Source of the DNA: Spirochaetota bacterium
GTDB taxonomy: Bacteria; Spirochaetota; UBA4802; UBA5368
Length of the DNA: 64,000 nucleotides
Direction of reading: 5' to 3'
Assembly (NCBI GenBank): GCA_035477215.1
Contig: DATIKU010000030.1
Coordinates: 22,299 to 86,298, forward strand
Both the position numbers and the translations under genes were made by a program. This document shows positions 42,433 to 54,158 of the stretch, one piece after another. The notes below the pieces were generated by a model that had not been told where the DNA came from, did not search any database, and saw only the letters and a list, made by a program, of their open reading frames with translations. Position 1 is the stretch's first letter. Each line of letters begins with the position of its first letter.

Positions 42433-43520
42433 GGCAGCCGTATCCGCACAAGGTACGGCTGGTACTCCAGCGGGTGCATGTAAACGGCGTAGAGGTCCCG
42501 ACCCTCCGAAAATATCTCTTTCCCCGAATAGTACCATGCCCGCGGACCGCCTTCCCCGCCCGGTAGCGCGGGCGGATCATAGACGGTTAATGCCGGCGCC
42601 GAAACGATTGAAGCGAATTCCCTGAACCTCACCACCACGATGGCGCCGGTCCCAGTTCGAGAATATACGATGATGTATTCACCCGTGTTTTCGTTGTACG
42701 ACAGCGAACACTCGCCCGCCACATCGCCGAAAAAGCCGTGCGCGCGGTCAATAGCGCGGACCCATGAGCCATCGGCGGCGAGGAACTCGTACGCGCGCGG
42801 ATCGTCGATACCTTCAAGCGGCGAGCGGGCCAGCTTGACCGGCGAGCTGCCGTCCCTGTCTATATACTGACCGATCGTATACGCCATTCCGGAGCGTTCA
42901 ATCACGCTCGCGCCGAAGGCCGGATAACCGCCCGCGAAGAGGTCGGGGAGTCGCCGGAATTCTATCGCCTGCCCCGGTCTCCACGCCGGCGGGACGCTCC
43001 AGTGCGCGATCCCGACCCCTTCCATCCTGAAGCCGAACGGCTTCCCCGGTTCAGTGATGCGTATGCGGAAATAATAAACGTACAGGTCTTCACCCCTCCG
43101 CAGGCCGTCAACGGCCCACAGGCGGTCCCGCTCCGGTCGTTCACCCGGCCTTAATTTTAAAAACTGCGCGACACGTCCGTCCTCGCGATGAAAACTGAAT
43201 CGAAGATCGCGCACGTTTTCGTTCGAAATTGAAGGGGAGAACGCGAGCGAGTTGGAGATCATTGAATGCACGTCGGCCTTTTCGGAAAAGGTGGCCGACG
43301 CGGAAACCCGGCCTTTCCACTGACCGAGTATCGTATCGCCGAATGTCCACATCGTGAGAGTGTCGTTGAAGGGGATCGGCGTAACGCCGTCCTGGCCGAG
43401 GACCGATTCCATCCTCGACGCTCCGAATACGCCCAGACTCTCCGTGCCGCGTGAGCAGGCGAAAAGAAAAAACAACGACACCGATATAATCGCGAAGGCC
43501 CTTGATCGGCGATGAGTCAT
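42429..43520 (-). CDS. Hypothetical lipoprotein, possibly DUF4185-like
   Basis: Signal peptide with lipobox (FLFAC). [10 protein letters not shown] motif reminiscent of DUF4185 WxFGD. Start abuts the pcm stop. Confidence 0.4.
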   Translation of the reverse strand: MTHRRSRAFAIISVSLFFLFACSRGTESLGVFGASRMESVLGQDGVTPIPFNDTLTMWTFGDTILGQWKGRVSASATFSEKADVHSMISNSLAFSPSISNENVRDLRFSFHREDGRVAQFLKLRPGERPERDRLWAVDGLRRGEDLYVYYFRIRITEPGKPFGFRMEGVGIAHWSVPPAWRPGQAIEFRRLPDLFAGGYPAFGASVIERSGMAYTIGQYIDRDGSSPVKLARSPLEGIDDPRAYEFLAADGSWVRAIDRAHGFFGDVAGECSLSYNENTGEYIIVYSRTGTGAIVVVRFREFASIVSAPALTVYDPPALPGGEGGPRAWYYSGKEIFSEGRDLYAVYMHPLEYQPYLVRIRLP

Positions 43521-44261
43521 TTAACGCTCCTTCTCCCCGCGCACCATCGGTACGAAACGCACATACGTGATGGTTCTACGAGTTATCGACCCTCCGCGCT
43601 TTTCAATGACGACAAGCTCCTGATTGAATTCCCCCTCGGGGGCGACAAGGATGCCCCCTTCAGCAAGCTGGTCGATGAGTGTCTGAGGTATCTTCGGAGG
43701 ACTGGCCGTAAGCATTATAGCGTCGAACGGCGCCTTTTCGGGCCAACCGGCGTACCCGTCTCCGATGAGCACACTCACGTTGGCGTAACCCAGGTTCTTC
43801 AGGCGCAGGGCCGAGGCTTTTCCGAGCGGCTCGACGATTTCTATCGTATAAACCTCCTTCGCGAGCAGCGACAGTACCGCCGCCTGGTAGCCCGACCCGG
43901 TTCCAATCTCCAGCACCTTTTCGTTTCCGCCGAGGCGGCACAGCTCGCTCATCAACGCGACGATATACGGCTGGGAGATGGTCTGTCCGTATCCTATGGG
44001 CAGAGGATGGTCCTCATACGCGGCCCCGATCTGCCCATCCGGCACAAAACGGTGGCGCTCCACCGAGCGCATGGCCGCAAGGACGCGTTTATCGGTCACC
44101 CCCCTCGACTCTATCTGTTTTTTCACCATAGCGTCCCTGAGATTCTCCAACGAAGCCTCCTTCCCCGCGCTGCAGACGAAGCATATGCAGACAGAAAGCG
44201 CCAGCAGGCGGGAACCGCCTAATTTCAGTATCTTTTCCAATAATTGCATAATGTCACCCAA
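43521..44261 (-). CDS. pcm: Protein-L-isoaspartate O-methyltransferase with N-terminal signal/anchor extension
   Basis: GYGQTISQPYIVALM, VLEIGTGSGYQAAVL. The N-terminus is hydrophobic with Cys (LLALSVCICFVCSAG). Confidence 0.85.
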   Translation of the reverse strand: MGDIMQLLEKILKLGGSRLLALSVCICFVCSAGKEASLENLRDAMVKKQIESRGVTDKRVLAAMRSVERHRFVPDGQIGAAYEDHPLPIGYGQTISQPYIVALMSELCRLGGNEKVLEIGTGSGYQAAVLSLLAKEVYTIEIVEPLGKASALRLKNLGYANVSVLIGDGYAGWPEKAPFDAIMLTASPPKIPQTLIDQLAEGGILVAPEGEFNQELVVIEKRGGSITRRTITYVRFVPMVRGEKER

Positions 44262-44678
44262 CCATCGTTTCGAAAGAATGCTCCTCGCGCCTTATTTCCG
44301 CGCCGCATATCCACCCATCCATCCCGGGCATACGGCAGTCCCTTCGCCTCGTGCAGACGTCGCCGTAGCTTCCGCCCGAACAACAAGCATAATGTAAACA
44401 TTCATATCGCTCGTATCAATGATAAAACCATTACGAAAACGAAACGCCGGCATAAAAAAGCGACTATCGGGACACTTCCGACGGCAAAAGCGTCGCTCGG
44501 GCGCGATATTTTACTCTTGACATTACATTCGCTTTGCGGCTAATAGCTGAAAAATAGGCGTGTGCAAAACGCTGGAATAAGCGGCATATTCACGAATGTT
44601 CCGAGAATGTCCGCAACCCTCCGGTAATGAGGTAAATATCATTCGCGGCCGCCATTCTCTCGAATATAGAGTCCAGCA

Positions 44679-46421
44679 ATGCAACAGATCATCACCGGCA
44701 TCATAGCCTCCCCCGGAATAAAGATCGGCAAAGCCTATGTTTATCACGGCACCAATCTCATAATACCCAAATATACCGTCGAACCCGACCAGGTCGATGA
44801 CGAACTGGACAGGTACAGGCAAACGCTTGCAAAGACGAAAGCCGACATTAAATCCATACAAGTGCAGATTTCAAAAAGCCTCTCCCGTGATATGGCCGAT
44901 ATTTTCTCGAGCCACCTGATGGTGCTCGAGGATCCCATGATAACCGAAAAGGTGGTGCGCAACATCCGCGAAAACCGCCGCAATGTCGAATGGGTCATAA
45001 ACGATATTTCGATGGAGCTGATCCGGAGCCTTTCGTCCATTGAGGACGTTTACCTCAGGGAGCGCATCGTCGACATCTCGGACATCCACAAGCGCCTCAT
45101 TAATAATCTTCAGAATGCCAGCGCACCGTCCCTGCCCAACATCGAGAAGGAGGTCATACTGTTCTCGGCCGACCTTACCCCTTCCGATACGGCCATGATG
45201 AATAAAAAGTATGTGCTCGCTTTCGTCACCGATATGGGGGGCCGCACCTCGCATACCGCCATCATGGCGCGGGCGCTCGAGATACCGGCGATCGTCGGCA
45301 CCCTCAACGGCACCTCCATGGTCAAGGACGGACAGATGGTGATCGTCGACGCCCTTCATGGCAAGGTCATAATCGCGCCCACCGCCGAACAGATCGATGA
45401 ATACAAAAGATACCAGGAGGACCTCCTTTTACTTGACGCGGAACTGGCCAAGCTCACGCACCTGCCGGCCACAACGCTCGACAACGAGGTCTGCCACATA
45501 TACGGCAACATCGAGATGCCGGAAGAGATGAAGGTGTTGAAGGAGCACGGGGCGCAGGGTATCGGCCTTTACCGCTCGGAGTTCCTCTTTCTCGACCGGG
45601 CGCTTCCCGACGAGGACAAACAGTACGCGGCCTATAAAAAGGTTCTGGAATTTTTCAAGCCCATGCCGGTAACCATACGCACGCTGGACGTGGGGGGCGA
45701 CAAGATCTACGCCTACTATAAGACCGTTAAGGAGCGCAATCCCTTCCTCGGATGCCGTGCGATCCGTTTCAGCCTTGAAAACGTGCCGCTGTTTCGCACC
45801 CAGCTCCGCGCCATACTTCGGGCGAGCGTGTACGGGAACACCCGGCTCATGTTCCCCATGATTTCCACCGTCGAGGAGATCATCAAATCGCGGAACATCC
45901 TTTACGAGACCATGGACGATTTGCGCAGGGAGAAAAAGGAGTTCGATGCCGAAATTCCCATAGGTATAATGATAGAGGTCCCTTCGGCCGCCATAAACGC
46001 GGACCGCCTCGCCGCCCACTCGGACTTTTTTTCGGTGGGCACCAACGACCTCGTCCAGTACACAATCGCCGTCGACAGGCTTTCCGAAAAAATAGCCTAC
46101 CTGTATAATCCCCTCAACCTGTCGGTGCTGCGCCTTCTCAAGCATATAGTCGACACTTCGACAAAATACGAGATACCTCTTTCCATCTGCGGCGAGATGG
46201 CCGGCGAACCCCGCTATACGGTCCCGCTCCTTGGGCTCGGTTTCAGGAATTTTTCCATGGGAACGGCATTCATGTACCAGACCAAGCGCATTATCCGCTC
46301 CGTAAATATAAGCGAATGCGAAGAGGTGGTCGAGGAGATGATGAAGCACGACATTACCGAGGAGATAGAAAAAACCCTGCTCGATTATCTCGGCCGGAAA
46401 TTCCCGACCATGCTTATCTGA
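44679..46421 (+). CDS. ptsI: Phosphoenolpyruvate-protein phosphotransferase (PTS enzyme I)
   Basis: GGRTSHTAIMARAL phospho-His region, GIGLYRSEFLF, CGEMAG. 580 aa. Confidence 0.9.
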   Translation: MQQIITGIIASPGIKIGKAYVYHGTNLIIPKYTVEPDQVDDELDRYRQTLAKTKADIKSIQVQISKSLSRDMADIFSSHLMVLEDPMITEKVVRNIRENRRNVEWVINDISMELIRSLSSIEDVYLRERIVDISDIHKRLINNLQNASAPSLPNIEKEVILFSADLTPSDTAMMNKKYVLAFVTDMGGRTSHTAIMARALEIPAIVGTLNGTSMVKDGQMVIVDALHGKVIIAPTAEQIDEYKRYQEDLLLLDAELAKLTHLPATTLDNEVCHIYGNIEMPEEMKVLKEHGAQGIGLYRSEFLFLDRALPDEDKQYAAYKKVLEFFKPMPVTIRTLDVGGDKIYAYYKTVKERNPFLGCRAIRFSLENVPLFRTQLRAILRASVYGNTRLMFPMISTVEEIIKSRNILYETMDDLRREKKEFDAEIPIGIMIEVPSAAINADRLAAHSDFFSVGTNDLVQYTIAVDRLSEKIAYLYNPLNLSVLRLLKHIVDTSTKYEIPLSICGEMAGEPRYTVPLLGLGFRNFSMGTAFMYQTKRIIRSVNISECEEVVEEMMKHDITEEIEKTLLDYLGRKFPTMLI

Positions 46422-46430
46422 AAAACGGCG

Positions 46431-47183
46431 ATGAGGCTCTACCGTCAACTGGCGGAATACTATTTCGCCATAGAGAGCAACCACAGGGACATTCTGGACG
46501 ATGTCGACATCATAGGCGGACTGCTTTCCGGCAAAACCGATCCGTCGCTCCTCGACCTCGGCTGCGGCACGGGGGAACATCTTGCAATTCTGGCGAAACG
46601 CGGAGTCCGCTGTACGGGCATCGACTCCAGCGCTGAAATGCTGAAGATAGCGCGTCTGCGCTTCCCTTCCGGAATAGAATTCACCGAAATGAACATGCTT
46701 CGTTTCGATTATTTCGAATCCTTCAGCATGGCGGTTTCTCTTTTCGGTTCGTTCAATTACATGATAGAGGACGGCGATGTGGACAGGGTCTTCTGGAACA
46801 CATGGAGGGCGCTCGTTCCCGGTGGCATCGGACTCTTCGAAATCTGGAACGCGATCCCGGTGCGCTGGATAGAAAAAAAGGACATGGACCTCGTCTCGAA
46901 AACATCATACGGAGGGTCCATTATCGAGCGCCGCCGGGGATTCGCCATTCACGGCACCCGCGGCAAAACGGTCGTCGACGTTAATTATAACTACACCATA
47001 ACGCGCATGGGGGCGACGGAAACTTTTCGAGACCGGCACGTGATGAGGGCCTTTACCATAGACGAAATCTCCGCCTTCATAACCGGAAACGGCTTCGTGA
47101 TGAAGAATTTCTATTCCAACTCGCGTAAAGAGCCTTATAAAGAGACTTCCAACAAGATCCTCATACATTTCGAAAAGCCCTGA
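46431..47183 (+). CDS. Class I SAM-dependent methyltransferase
   Basis: LLDLGCGTGEHL motif I. 250 aa. Confidence 0.7.
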   Translation: MRLYRQLAEYYFAIESNHRDILDDVDIIGGLLSGKTDPSLLDLGCGTGEHLAILAKRGVRCTGIDSSAEMLKIARLRFPSGIEFTEMNMLRFDYFESFSMAVSLFGSFNYMIEDGDVDRVFWNTWRALVPGGIGLFEIWNAIPVRWIEKKDMDLVSKTSYGGSIIERRRGFAIHGTRGKTVVDVNYNYTITRMGATETFRDRHVMRAFTIDEISAFITGNGFVMKNFYSNSRKEPYKETSNKILIHFEKP

Positions 47184-47187
47184 ACGC

Positions 47188-47221
47188 ACAGAGGGCGCAC
47201 TTTACGCCGGGCGCCCTCTGT
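47188..47221. terminator. Bidirectional terminator-like hairpin between convergent methyltransferase and lon
   Basis: 11-bp stem ACAGAGGGCGC/GCGCCCTCTGT, visible directly in the sequence. Confidence 0.5.
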
Positions 47222-47248
47222 AGTTAAATACGGGTTGTCACGACCGCT

Positions 47249-49702
47249 TTATGCCTGCGCGGTCCCCTCACGGCTCCAATTTGCCTCTTCGACAATATCG
47301 ACCTTTTTCTCGTCCATGGTCTCTTTCCACTTATCGTAAAGCATCTTTGTGGTTTCCGGGTTCTTGAAAAAATCCGCCGGATTCTCCAGCGCCAGGAAGA
47401 GGACCTCCTCCATGCTGCTCACGGGATGAAAGACCATGAGCTTGCGGACATATTCAGGTATCTTTTCCAAATCCTTTTCGTTTTCCTTGGGGATGACGAC
47501 GTGCTTGATGTCCGCGCGATGGGCGGCAAGTATCTTTTCCTTGAGCCCGCCTATCTGGAGCACCTTGCCGCGCAGGGTGATCTCCCCCGTCATGGCGACG
47601 TCGCAGCGAACCGGAAGATTGGAAAGAAGCGACGCCATCACGACCGCCATGGTTATACCCGCCGAAGGCCCGTCCTTTGGAATGGCGCCCTCCGGGACAT
47701 GCAGGTGTATGTCGTTACGCTTGATGGTCTCTTCTTCGATCGTAAAAAATTGCTGATTGGCTTTAACATAGGTAAAGGCCGCCCTGGCGGACTCCTGCAT
47801 CACGTCCCCGAGCTGGCCAGTAAGCATGAGCGTTCCCTTCCCTTTGATGAGCGACGCCTCCACCTGGAGTATGTCGCCGCCCACTTCGGTCCAGGCCAGA
47901 CCGTTCGCCAGGCCGACCTCGTTCTTTAGCTCCTTCTTGCCGTACTTGAACTTTTTCGCGCCGAGATACATGACAATGGACGCCTCGTCCAGGACCTTCC
48001 TGTATTCCTTGCCGAATCGTACGACATCGCGGGCAACCTTTCGGCAAACCTTGGCCAGCACACGTTCGAGACTCCTGACGCCGGATTCCCGGGTGTAATG
48101 CCGTATCGTGAAGAGCATAACGTCTTCCGAGTACTCTATGTTTTCGGGGTGCAGGCCGTTCTCGATTATCTGCTTGGGCAGCAGGAATTTGAGCGCTATG
48201 TTGAGCTTTTCAGGCTCGGTATAGCTGGTGATCTCGATGATTTCCATGCGGTCCAAAAGCGGCAGCGGTATGCGGTGCTGCACGTTGGCCGTGGTGATGA
48301 AAAGCACGTCGGAAAGGTCGTATGACACTTCCATATAGTGGTCGACGAAAGTGTTGTTCTGCTCCGGGTCGAGCACCTCGAGGAGTGCCGAAGACGGGTC
48401 ACCGCGGAAATCCATTGACATCTTGTCGATCTCGTCGAGCAGAAAGACCGGGTTTACGGTACCGGCCTTTTTCATCATCTGGATGATGCGGCCCGGCAGT
48501 GCGCCGACGTACGTGCGGCGGTGTCCGCGAATCTCGGCCTCGTCGCGCACTCCGCCAAGCGACATCCGGACGAATTTCCTTCCCAGTGCTCGCGCCACCG
48601 AACGGCCGAGCGACGTCTTTCCGACGCCCGGAGGCCCGACGAAACACAGAATGGGCCCTTTCAGTTTTTTGGAAAGGTGCCGCACTGCGATAAACTCGAT
48701 TATGCGTTCCTTGACTTCATCGAGACCATAGTGGTCCTCGTTTAGAACGTCCAGGGCGTGGTCGATATCGCGGTTGTCCACGGTTTTCTTGTGCCAGGGC
48801 ACGTCGCGCAGCCATTCGATATAGGTGCGCACCACCGCGGACTCGGCCGAAAGCGGCGGCATCTTCTCGAGGCGTTTGACCTCCTTGATTGCCTTGGCCT
48901 TGGCCTCCTTGCTCATCCGCGCATCTTCGATCGATTTGGTGAACTCCTCTATTTCATCCGCCGTGTCGTCGTTCTGGCCCAGCTCCTTCTTGATTACCTT
49001 CATCTGTTCGTTGAGGTAATATTCCTTCTGGGTTTTTTCCATCTGCTTGCGGACTTTACCCTGGATCTTCTTCTCTATGTACATGATGTCGATCTCGCCG
49101 TTGATGAGCTCGATCAGTTTTTCTATCCGCTCGTCGGCCTTGCCTATCTCGAGGAGCGACTGCTTGAGGTCGAGGCGCATATTTATGTACGACGCCACGA
49201 CGTCCGCCAGATGCGACAGGTCTTCGATGCCGTTTACCGTGGTGAGCGCCTCCTGGGGAACCTTCTTGTTGAGCTTGATGTATTTCTCGAAGGTTTCGAG
49301 AAGTGCGCGTTTGAGAGCCGCCGTCTCCTTGTCGGCGTCGATCGGCCTCTCTATGTCTTTGACTCCAACATCGAAAAAATCACCCTTGTCCTCGAAATCG
49401 GCCAGGTATCCGCGTGAAAGCCCTTCTACGAGAACCTTGATGGTGCCGTCGGGAAGCTTGAGGAGCTGGAGGATCTCCGATATTGTGCCAACCTCATAGA
49501 GATCACCCTTCGCCGGAACGGTAATCTGTGCGTCCGTTTGAGTGACAAGCACGATGAGACGGTCGCCCTTCATCGCCGCGTCGAGCGCGCTTATCGATTT
49601 CTCACGGCCGACGAAAAGCGGAATTACCATATGTGGATACACCACCACGTCCCTCAGGGGAAGCAACGGGTACTTTTTATTATAATCGATGATACGCTTC
49701 AT
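47249..49702 (-). CDS. lon: ATP-dependent Lon protease (La). ORF open to 49732; likely start [18 protein letters not shown].
   Basis: [17 protein letters not shown]-domain, Walker [10 protein letters not shown], protease Ser motif [11 protein letters not shown]. Confidence 0.9.
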   Translation of the reverse strand: MKRIIDYNKKYPLLPLRDVVVYPHMVIPLFVGREKSISALDAAMKGDRLIVLVTQTDAQITVPAKGDLYEVGTISEILQLLKLPDGTIKVLVEGLSRGYLADFEDKGDFFDVGVKDIERPIDADKETAALKRALLETFEKYIKLNKKVPQEALTTVNGIEDLSHLADVVASYINMRLDLKQSLLEIGKADERIEKLIELINGEIDIMYIEKKIQGKVRKQMEKTQKEYYLNEQMKVIKKELGQNDDTADEIEEFTKSIEDARMSKEAKAKAIKEVKRLEKMPPLSAESAVVRTYIEWLRDVPWHKKTVDNRDIDHALDVLNEDHYGLDEVKERIIEFIAVRHLSKKLKGPILCFVGPPGVGKTSLGRSVARALGRKFVRMSLGGVRDEAEIRGHRRTYVGALPGRIIQMMKKAGTVNPVFLLDEIDKMSMDFRGDPSSALLEVLDPEQNNTFVDHYMEVSYDLSDVLFITTANVQHRIPLPLLDRMEIIEITSYTEPEKLNIALKFLLPKQIIENGLHPENIEYSEDVMLFTIRHYTRESGVRSLERVLAKVCRKVARDVVRFGKEYRKVLDEASIVMYLGAKKFKYGKKELKNEVGLANGLAWTEVGGDILQVEASLIKGKGTLMLTGQLGDVMQESARAAFTYVKANQQFFTIEEETIKRNDIHLHVPEGAIPKDGPSAGITMAVVMASLLSNLPVRCDVAMTGEITLRGKVLQIGGLKEKILAAHRADIKHVVIPKENEKDLEKIPEYVRKLMVFHPVSSMEEVLFLALENPADFFKNPETTKMLYDKWKETMDEKKVDIVEEANWSREGTAQA

Positions 49703-49792
49703 GTGAACCTCGTAGTTTGTGCAATGGACCACGGAACAAAACTTCCGCCGGCTTTTTGTCTGTAAGCCGGGTGTGCCGCTGGTCGACCGAGT

Positions 49793-51055
49793 TTAAGCCG
49801 TTTTCTCTTCCCCCACCTTGTAAACAACCTTTGCGTCGGCCGCGCCGCGCACCATTTCGTCGGTGATGATGATCTGGGAGATGCCCCCTTTGGACGGGAT
49901 TTCATACATGTGGTTTAACATGATCTTTTCAAGCACCGCCCGAAGCCCGCGAGCGCCCGATTCCTTCTGCATCGCGATGGTCGCGATCTCGAGTATCGCG
50001 CTTTCTGTGAACACAAGGTCCACGTCTTCGAACGAGAATATCTTCCTGAACTGTTTGATAAGCGCGTTCTTGGGCTCGGTTAGGATGCGCTTGAGCGCCT
50101 CGATGTCGAGCTCTTCGAGCACGGAGATTATCGGAATACGTCCGATGAACTCCGGGATCAACCCGAACTTTATGAGGTCTTCCGTGTGGAGTTCGCCGAG
50201 GATGTTGGCGATCTTGATTTCCTTTACGGACTGAATATTCGCCCCGAAGCCCATGCTCTTGTTGCCCACACGGGTCTGGACGAGCTTCTCGAGACCGACA
50301 AAGGCCCCGCCGCAGATGAACAGGATGTTCTTGGTGTTGATGGGGATGAATTCCTGGTGCGGGTGTTTTCTGCCGCCCTGGGGCGGAACACTGGCGACCG
50401 TCCCCTCGATGATCTTGAGGAGCGCCTGCTGAACGCCCTCGCCTGAAACGTCGCGCGTGATCGAAGGGTTCTCGGACTTTCGCGAGATCTTGTCGATCTC
50501 GTCGAGGTAAATTATGCCTATCTCCGCTTTTTTCACGTCGCCGTCGGCGTTCTGGATGAGGCGCAGGAGGATGTTCTCCACGTCCTCGCCAACGTACCCC
50601 GCTTCGGTAAGGGAGGTGGCGTCGGCTATGGCGAAGGGCACGCGCAGAATCCGCGCAAGCGTCTGCGCCAGCAGCGTCTTCCCCGAACCCGTGGGCCCGA
50701 TCAGCAATATGTTGCTTTTCTCGAGCTCCACGTCATCTTTATGGAGCCCGGTGTTGCTGGCAATGCGCTTGTAATGATTATAGACCGCCACGGCCAGCGT
50801 CTTTTTGGCCAGTTCCTGGCCGATGACGTACTGGTCGAGTATATCCTTGATCTGGTGCGGCTTGGGAAGGTTTCCGAAGTTCTTTTCGATGCTGTTGGAT
50901 TCCCAGTCCTCGGAAACGATCTCGTTGCAGAGCTCTATGCATTCATCGCAGATATAGACACCTGGTCCCGCGACGAGTTTCTTGACTATTTCCTGGCTTT
51001 TGCCGCAAAAAGAACAGCTCAGCTTTTCATTTCCTTCCTTCTTTTTGGTGGCCAT
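49793..51055 (-). CDS. clpX: ATP-dependent Clp protease ATP-binding subunit ClpX
   Basis: N-terminal zinc finger CSFCGKS...CDEC, Walker A GPTGSGKT. Confidence 0.95.
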   Translation of the reverse strand: MATKKKEGNEKLSCSFCGKSQEIVKKLVAGPGVYICDECIELCNEIVSEDWESNSIEKNFGNLPKPHQIKDILDQYVIGQELAKKTLAVAVYNHYKRIASNTGLHKDDVELEKSNILLIGPTGSGKTLLAQTLARILRVPFAIADATSLTEAGYVGEDVENILLRLIQNADGDVKKAEIGIIYLDEIDKISRKSENPSITRDVSGEGVQQALLKIIEGTVASVPPQGGRKHPHQEFIPINTKNILFICGGAFVGLEKLVQTRVGNKSMGFGANIQSVKEIKIANILGELHTEDLIKFGLIPEFIGRIPIISVLEELDIEALKRILTEPKNALIKQFRKIFSFEDVDLVFTESAILEIATIAMQKESGARGLRAVLEKIMLNHMYEIPSKGGISQIIITDEMVRGAADAKVVYKVGEEKTA

Positions 51056-51100
51056 TGTAACCTCGCTTTAAATCTATGCGCACCTCTCCCTCTTATTCCG

Positions 51101-51688
51101 TTACTTCTTCTTTTTTTCAATGATCTTGTCGATCAGTCCGTAATCGAGCGCGTCTTGCGGTGACATGAAGTTGTCCCTGTCGAGATCCTTGTCGACTTTC
51201 TCGGCTTTCTGCCCGGTGTGATACGCGTATATCTCGTTCAATCGCTGCTTGGTCTTAATGATTTCGTTCGCGTGGATCATGATATCGGTCGCCTGACCCT
51301 GAAAACCGGCCGACGGCTGATGTATCATGATGCGTGAATTGGGAAGCGTCGAGCGCTTGCCCTTCGCCCCGGCCGTCAGGAGCAGCGAGCCCATGGACGC
51401 CGCCTGCCCGATGCAGATGGTCGCAACGTCGGGCTTGATGTACTGCATGGTATCATAGATGGCAAGCCCCGAAGTGACGATCCCTCCCGGCGAGTTTATA
51501 TAGAGGAAGATGTCCTTGTCGGGGTCCTCCGCCTCCAGGAACAGAAGCTGGGCGATCACCAGGCTCGAAATATGGTCGTCTATGGCTTCGCCAAGAAAGA
51601 CGATACGGTCTTTAAGAAGGCGCGAGTATATGTCGTACGACCGCTCTCCCCGCGACGTCTGTTCTACGACTATCGGAACAAGGCTCAT
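51101..51688 (-). CDS. clpP: ATP-dependent Clp protease proteolytic subunit ClpP
   Basis: GQAASMGS catalytic Ser region, IMIHQP, 195 aa. Confidence 0.95.
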   Translation of the reverse strand: MSLVPIVVEQTSRGERSYDIYSRLLKDRIVFLGEAIDDHISSLVIAQLLFLEAEDPDKDIFLYINSPGGIVTSGLAIYDTMQYIKPDVATICIGQAASMGSLLLTAGAKGKRSTLPNSRIMIHQPSAGFQGQATDIMIHANEIIKTKQRLNEIYAYHTGQKAEKVDKDLDRDNFMSPQDALDYGLIDKIIEKKKK

Positions 51689-51822
51689 GGCGCAGATCTC
51701 CTCGATGGCATGCTTTACGGGACGGATTCAATATTAGTGTCGGCATTCCGCCGCCGGTTACACCAATCCTTTTTGGACCGGCATACGGTATATATAGCTC
51801 ATCCGCCGACAAAATTCAAATA

Positions 51823-53163
51823 TTATTCAGCTTTGATGAATTCGTCCAGTTTCTGGGGCCTGCCCTTCTCTATTTTTGCGTTTTCGTAAATGAAATCGAG
51901 CGCGCTCTCCATCACCAGATCAGACTCGATGCTTTCCCGCGAATTGTTTTCGTCGATTATCTTTTCAAGTTCCTCGACGCTCCGTTTGTTCCTTTTCGCG
52001 ATGCTTTCGAGCACCTCGCGATACTTGTCCTCGGGAACCTTAAGCTCCTCCTTCTCGGCTATCTTCGAGAGTACCAGCGTCGACTTGATATTGGAAGCGG
52101 CCTCGGCGCGCAGCCTGCCCGAAAACTCTTCCGCGTTGATCCCGATGGTCGAGCTGAACTCGTTGATGTCCTCCGAAAAATATCCGGTCCGCTCCTGGAC
52201 GCGCCTGAAAAGCGCCTCCATCTCCTTTTCGATCATGGAGAGCGGCAGGTCGAACGTGCTTTTTTCCACGACCTCTTTTAAGAGCTTTCCCTTGGCCTCG
52301 GATTTCGCCTTTTCGGCGACGAATTTCTCTATGTTCGCGCGGATCCCGTTTTTCATCTCCTCGAGTGAACCATATTCCCCCAGATCTTTGGCGAAATCAT
52401 CGTCAAGCGCGGGAAGGTCCATACGGTTGATCTCCTCGACCCGCACGATATAACGCGCGTTCTGCCCTGCGAGGTCCCTGACCTCGTAGTCTTTGGGATA
52501 CTTTATCTTTACTTCCTTCTCCTGGCCGGATTTCATGCCCATAACGTCGCCGTCGAAACCGTAGTCGGCCTTGCTCTTGCCGACGATCATGTTGTATTCC
52601 TTGAACTCAACGCCGTCGACCCGGTCAGGCTCCACGTCGTCGATCCGCTTGATCCTGATCTTCACCATGTCGCCCTTTGCCACGCGGGCGTCGTCGCCTT
52701 CCTTTTTCGATACGTTCGCGTGGCGCTCGCGAAGCGTTTCGATCTCGCGTTTAACGTCGTCGTCGGTGATCTTACATGCCCGCTCGGAGGCTTTGACGCC
52801 CTTGTAATCCCCGACCTCGACGACCGGCATCGTCTCGAAAACGGCGGTGAAGGCGAACGCGCCTCCGCGTTTTATCGAGTCAAAATCGAAACGCGGCGGC
52901 GCTATCGGCCTGTAGCCTTTTTCCGTCATCGCGTCCACGTAGACCGAACGCAGCAGGTTCTCGGCCACCTCCTGGTCCGCCATCGCTGCGAACTTGCGCT
53001 CTATGAGTTCAAGCGGGACCTTGCCTTTGCGGTACCCGTCGATCTTGGCATTACCGCGGATTTTTTCGTAAACGGACTTGTATTCAGTCTCCACGCGGTT
53101 TTCCGGCACCTCTACACGGATCTCCATTTGTGCGTTCTCAAGCTTCTTTTCCGAAATAATCAA
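51823..53163 (-). CDS. tig: Trigger factor
   Basis: 446 aa, PPIase-type central region, canonical tig-clpP-clpX-lon gene order. Confidence 0.9.
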   Translation of the reverse strand: MIISEKKLENAQMEIRVEVPENRVETEYKSVYEKIRGNAKIDGYRKGKVPLELIERKFAAMADQEVAENLLRSVYVDAMTEKGYRPIAPPRFDFDSIKRGGAFAFTAVFETMPVVEVGDYKGVKASERACKITDDDVKREIETLRERHANVSKKEGDDARVAKGDMVKIRIKRIDDVEPDRVDGVEFKEYNMIVGKSKADYGFDGDVMGMKSGQEKEVKIKYPKDYEVRDLAGQNARYIVRVEEINRMDLPALDDDFAKDLGEYGSLEEMKNGIRANIEKFVAEKAKSEAKGKLLKEVVEKSTFDLPLSMIEKEMEALFRRVQERTGYFSEDINEFSSTIGINAEEFSGRLRAEAASNIKSTLVLSKIAEKEELKVPEDKYREVLESIAKRNKRSVEELEKIIDENNSRESIESDLVMESALDFIYENAKIEKGRPQKLDEFIKAE

Positions 53164-53431
53164 GGTATGTTCTCCCTCACGCTATGGTTATGCCGAGGCG
53201 GCCGGGGGCCGCTTCCCTGTTCTCTTTCCACGCGGTATGTTCCGATATTGATGGCATAAAACGCCGGGATGGCTTTTATCGACTCCAGCTTACCGCAAAT
53301 CAACCGAAATCCACTATTTATACATCGGGATAATATTTCAATAAGAAAAATTTGAGGTTGAGCCTCTCATATTCAACATGCCGCCACGAGTATCAAAGAA
53401 TATTTGAAAGCATACTGGGGACTACTTTTCG

Positions 53432-53689
53432 ATGGAACCGCAGATCACAGGAAAAATCGAAGACTTCATCAAAACCCTCGGCGAAGAGGAATTGCGCTAT
53501 CTAAACCGGCCCGTTATCGAACGCCTCAACCCCGCCAGTCCGGGCCTGCGGTTTCACAAACTCGAAAAGGCGGAGGATAAGAATTTCCGGCCGGTACGGG
53601 TAAACAGCGATATCAGGATCATTGTTCATATTCAATCATTGCGCGGTTCGCTGCCGGAATACATCCGCTCGGTAAAAAGGGCCCAATAA
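53432..53689 (+). CDS. Possible solo RelE/ParE/HigB-superfamily toxin-like small protein
   Basis: LRFHKLEKAEDKNFRPVRVNSDIRIIVHIQ resembles the L-g-y-LRv-dyRiiY core of RelE/ParE. No antitoxin ORF is evident upstream. Confidence 0.3.
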   Translation: MEPQITGKIEDFIKTLGEEELRYLNRPVIERLNPASPGLRFHKLEKAEDKNFRPVRVNSDIRIIVHIQSLRGSLPEYIRSVKRAQ

Positions 53690-53719
53690 AAAAACCCCCG
53701 GTTTATCCAGGGGCTTCTG

Positions 53720-53791
<72 letters not shown>

Positions 53792-53797
53792 GTTGTT

Positions 53798-53879
53798 TGC
53801 GAGCGAAGGGACTTGAACCCCCACACCTTACGGTACCAGATCCTAAGTCTGGCGCGTCTGCCAGTTCCGCCACGCTCGC
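53798..53879 (-). tRNA. tRNA-Leu (anticodon TAG), long variable arm
   Basis: Reverse complement GCGAGCGTGGCGGAACTGGCAGACGCGCCAGACTTAGGATCTGG... Acceptor GCGAGCG/CGCTCGC pairs perfectly; anticodon loop is CT-TAG-GA. Confidence 0.85.
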
Positions 53880-53960
53880 CCTCCAGTCAAATATCGGCGC
53901 AAGGGTGTTATTTTCAACAACTTTTCTCCGTGCGCCCGGCCTGCCCGGGGAGAGGCGGAT

Positions 53961-54033
53961 TGGGTTGCCCGAGAATCGAACTCGGAACCTACTGATTAAG
54001 AGTCAGGTGCTCTGCCAGTTGAGCTAGCAACCC
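53961..54033 (-). tRNA. tRNA-Lys (anticodon CTT)
   Basis: Reverse complement GGGTTGCTAGCTCAACTGGCAGAGCACCTGACTCTTAATCAGTAGGTTCCGAGTTCGATTCTCGGGCAACCCA. Anticodon loop is CT-CTT-AA. Confidence 0.85.
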
Positions 54034-54158
54034 TCGGCGTCGCTTACAATAGGAGAAACGCGCGGCGGCTGTCAAGTTTTTTTCTGCCCAAAAACGTGTA
54101 CTGTAATAAACGCGCGCGCACCGGTACGCCGGCCGTGATTGTTTAAGAGTATCGCCTC

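Noticed and set aside
45429-46580. 383-aa minus-strand ORF across ptsI and the methyltransferase start
   Set aside because: Antisense to ptsI, which has the canonical phospho-His motif. The ORF spans a gene boundary and has no motif.
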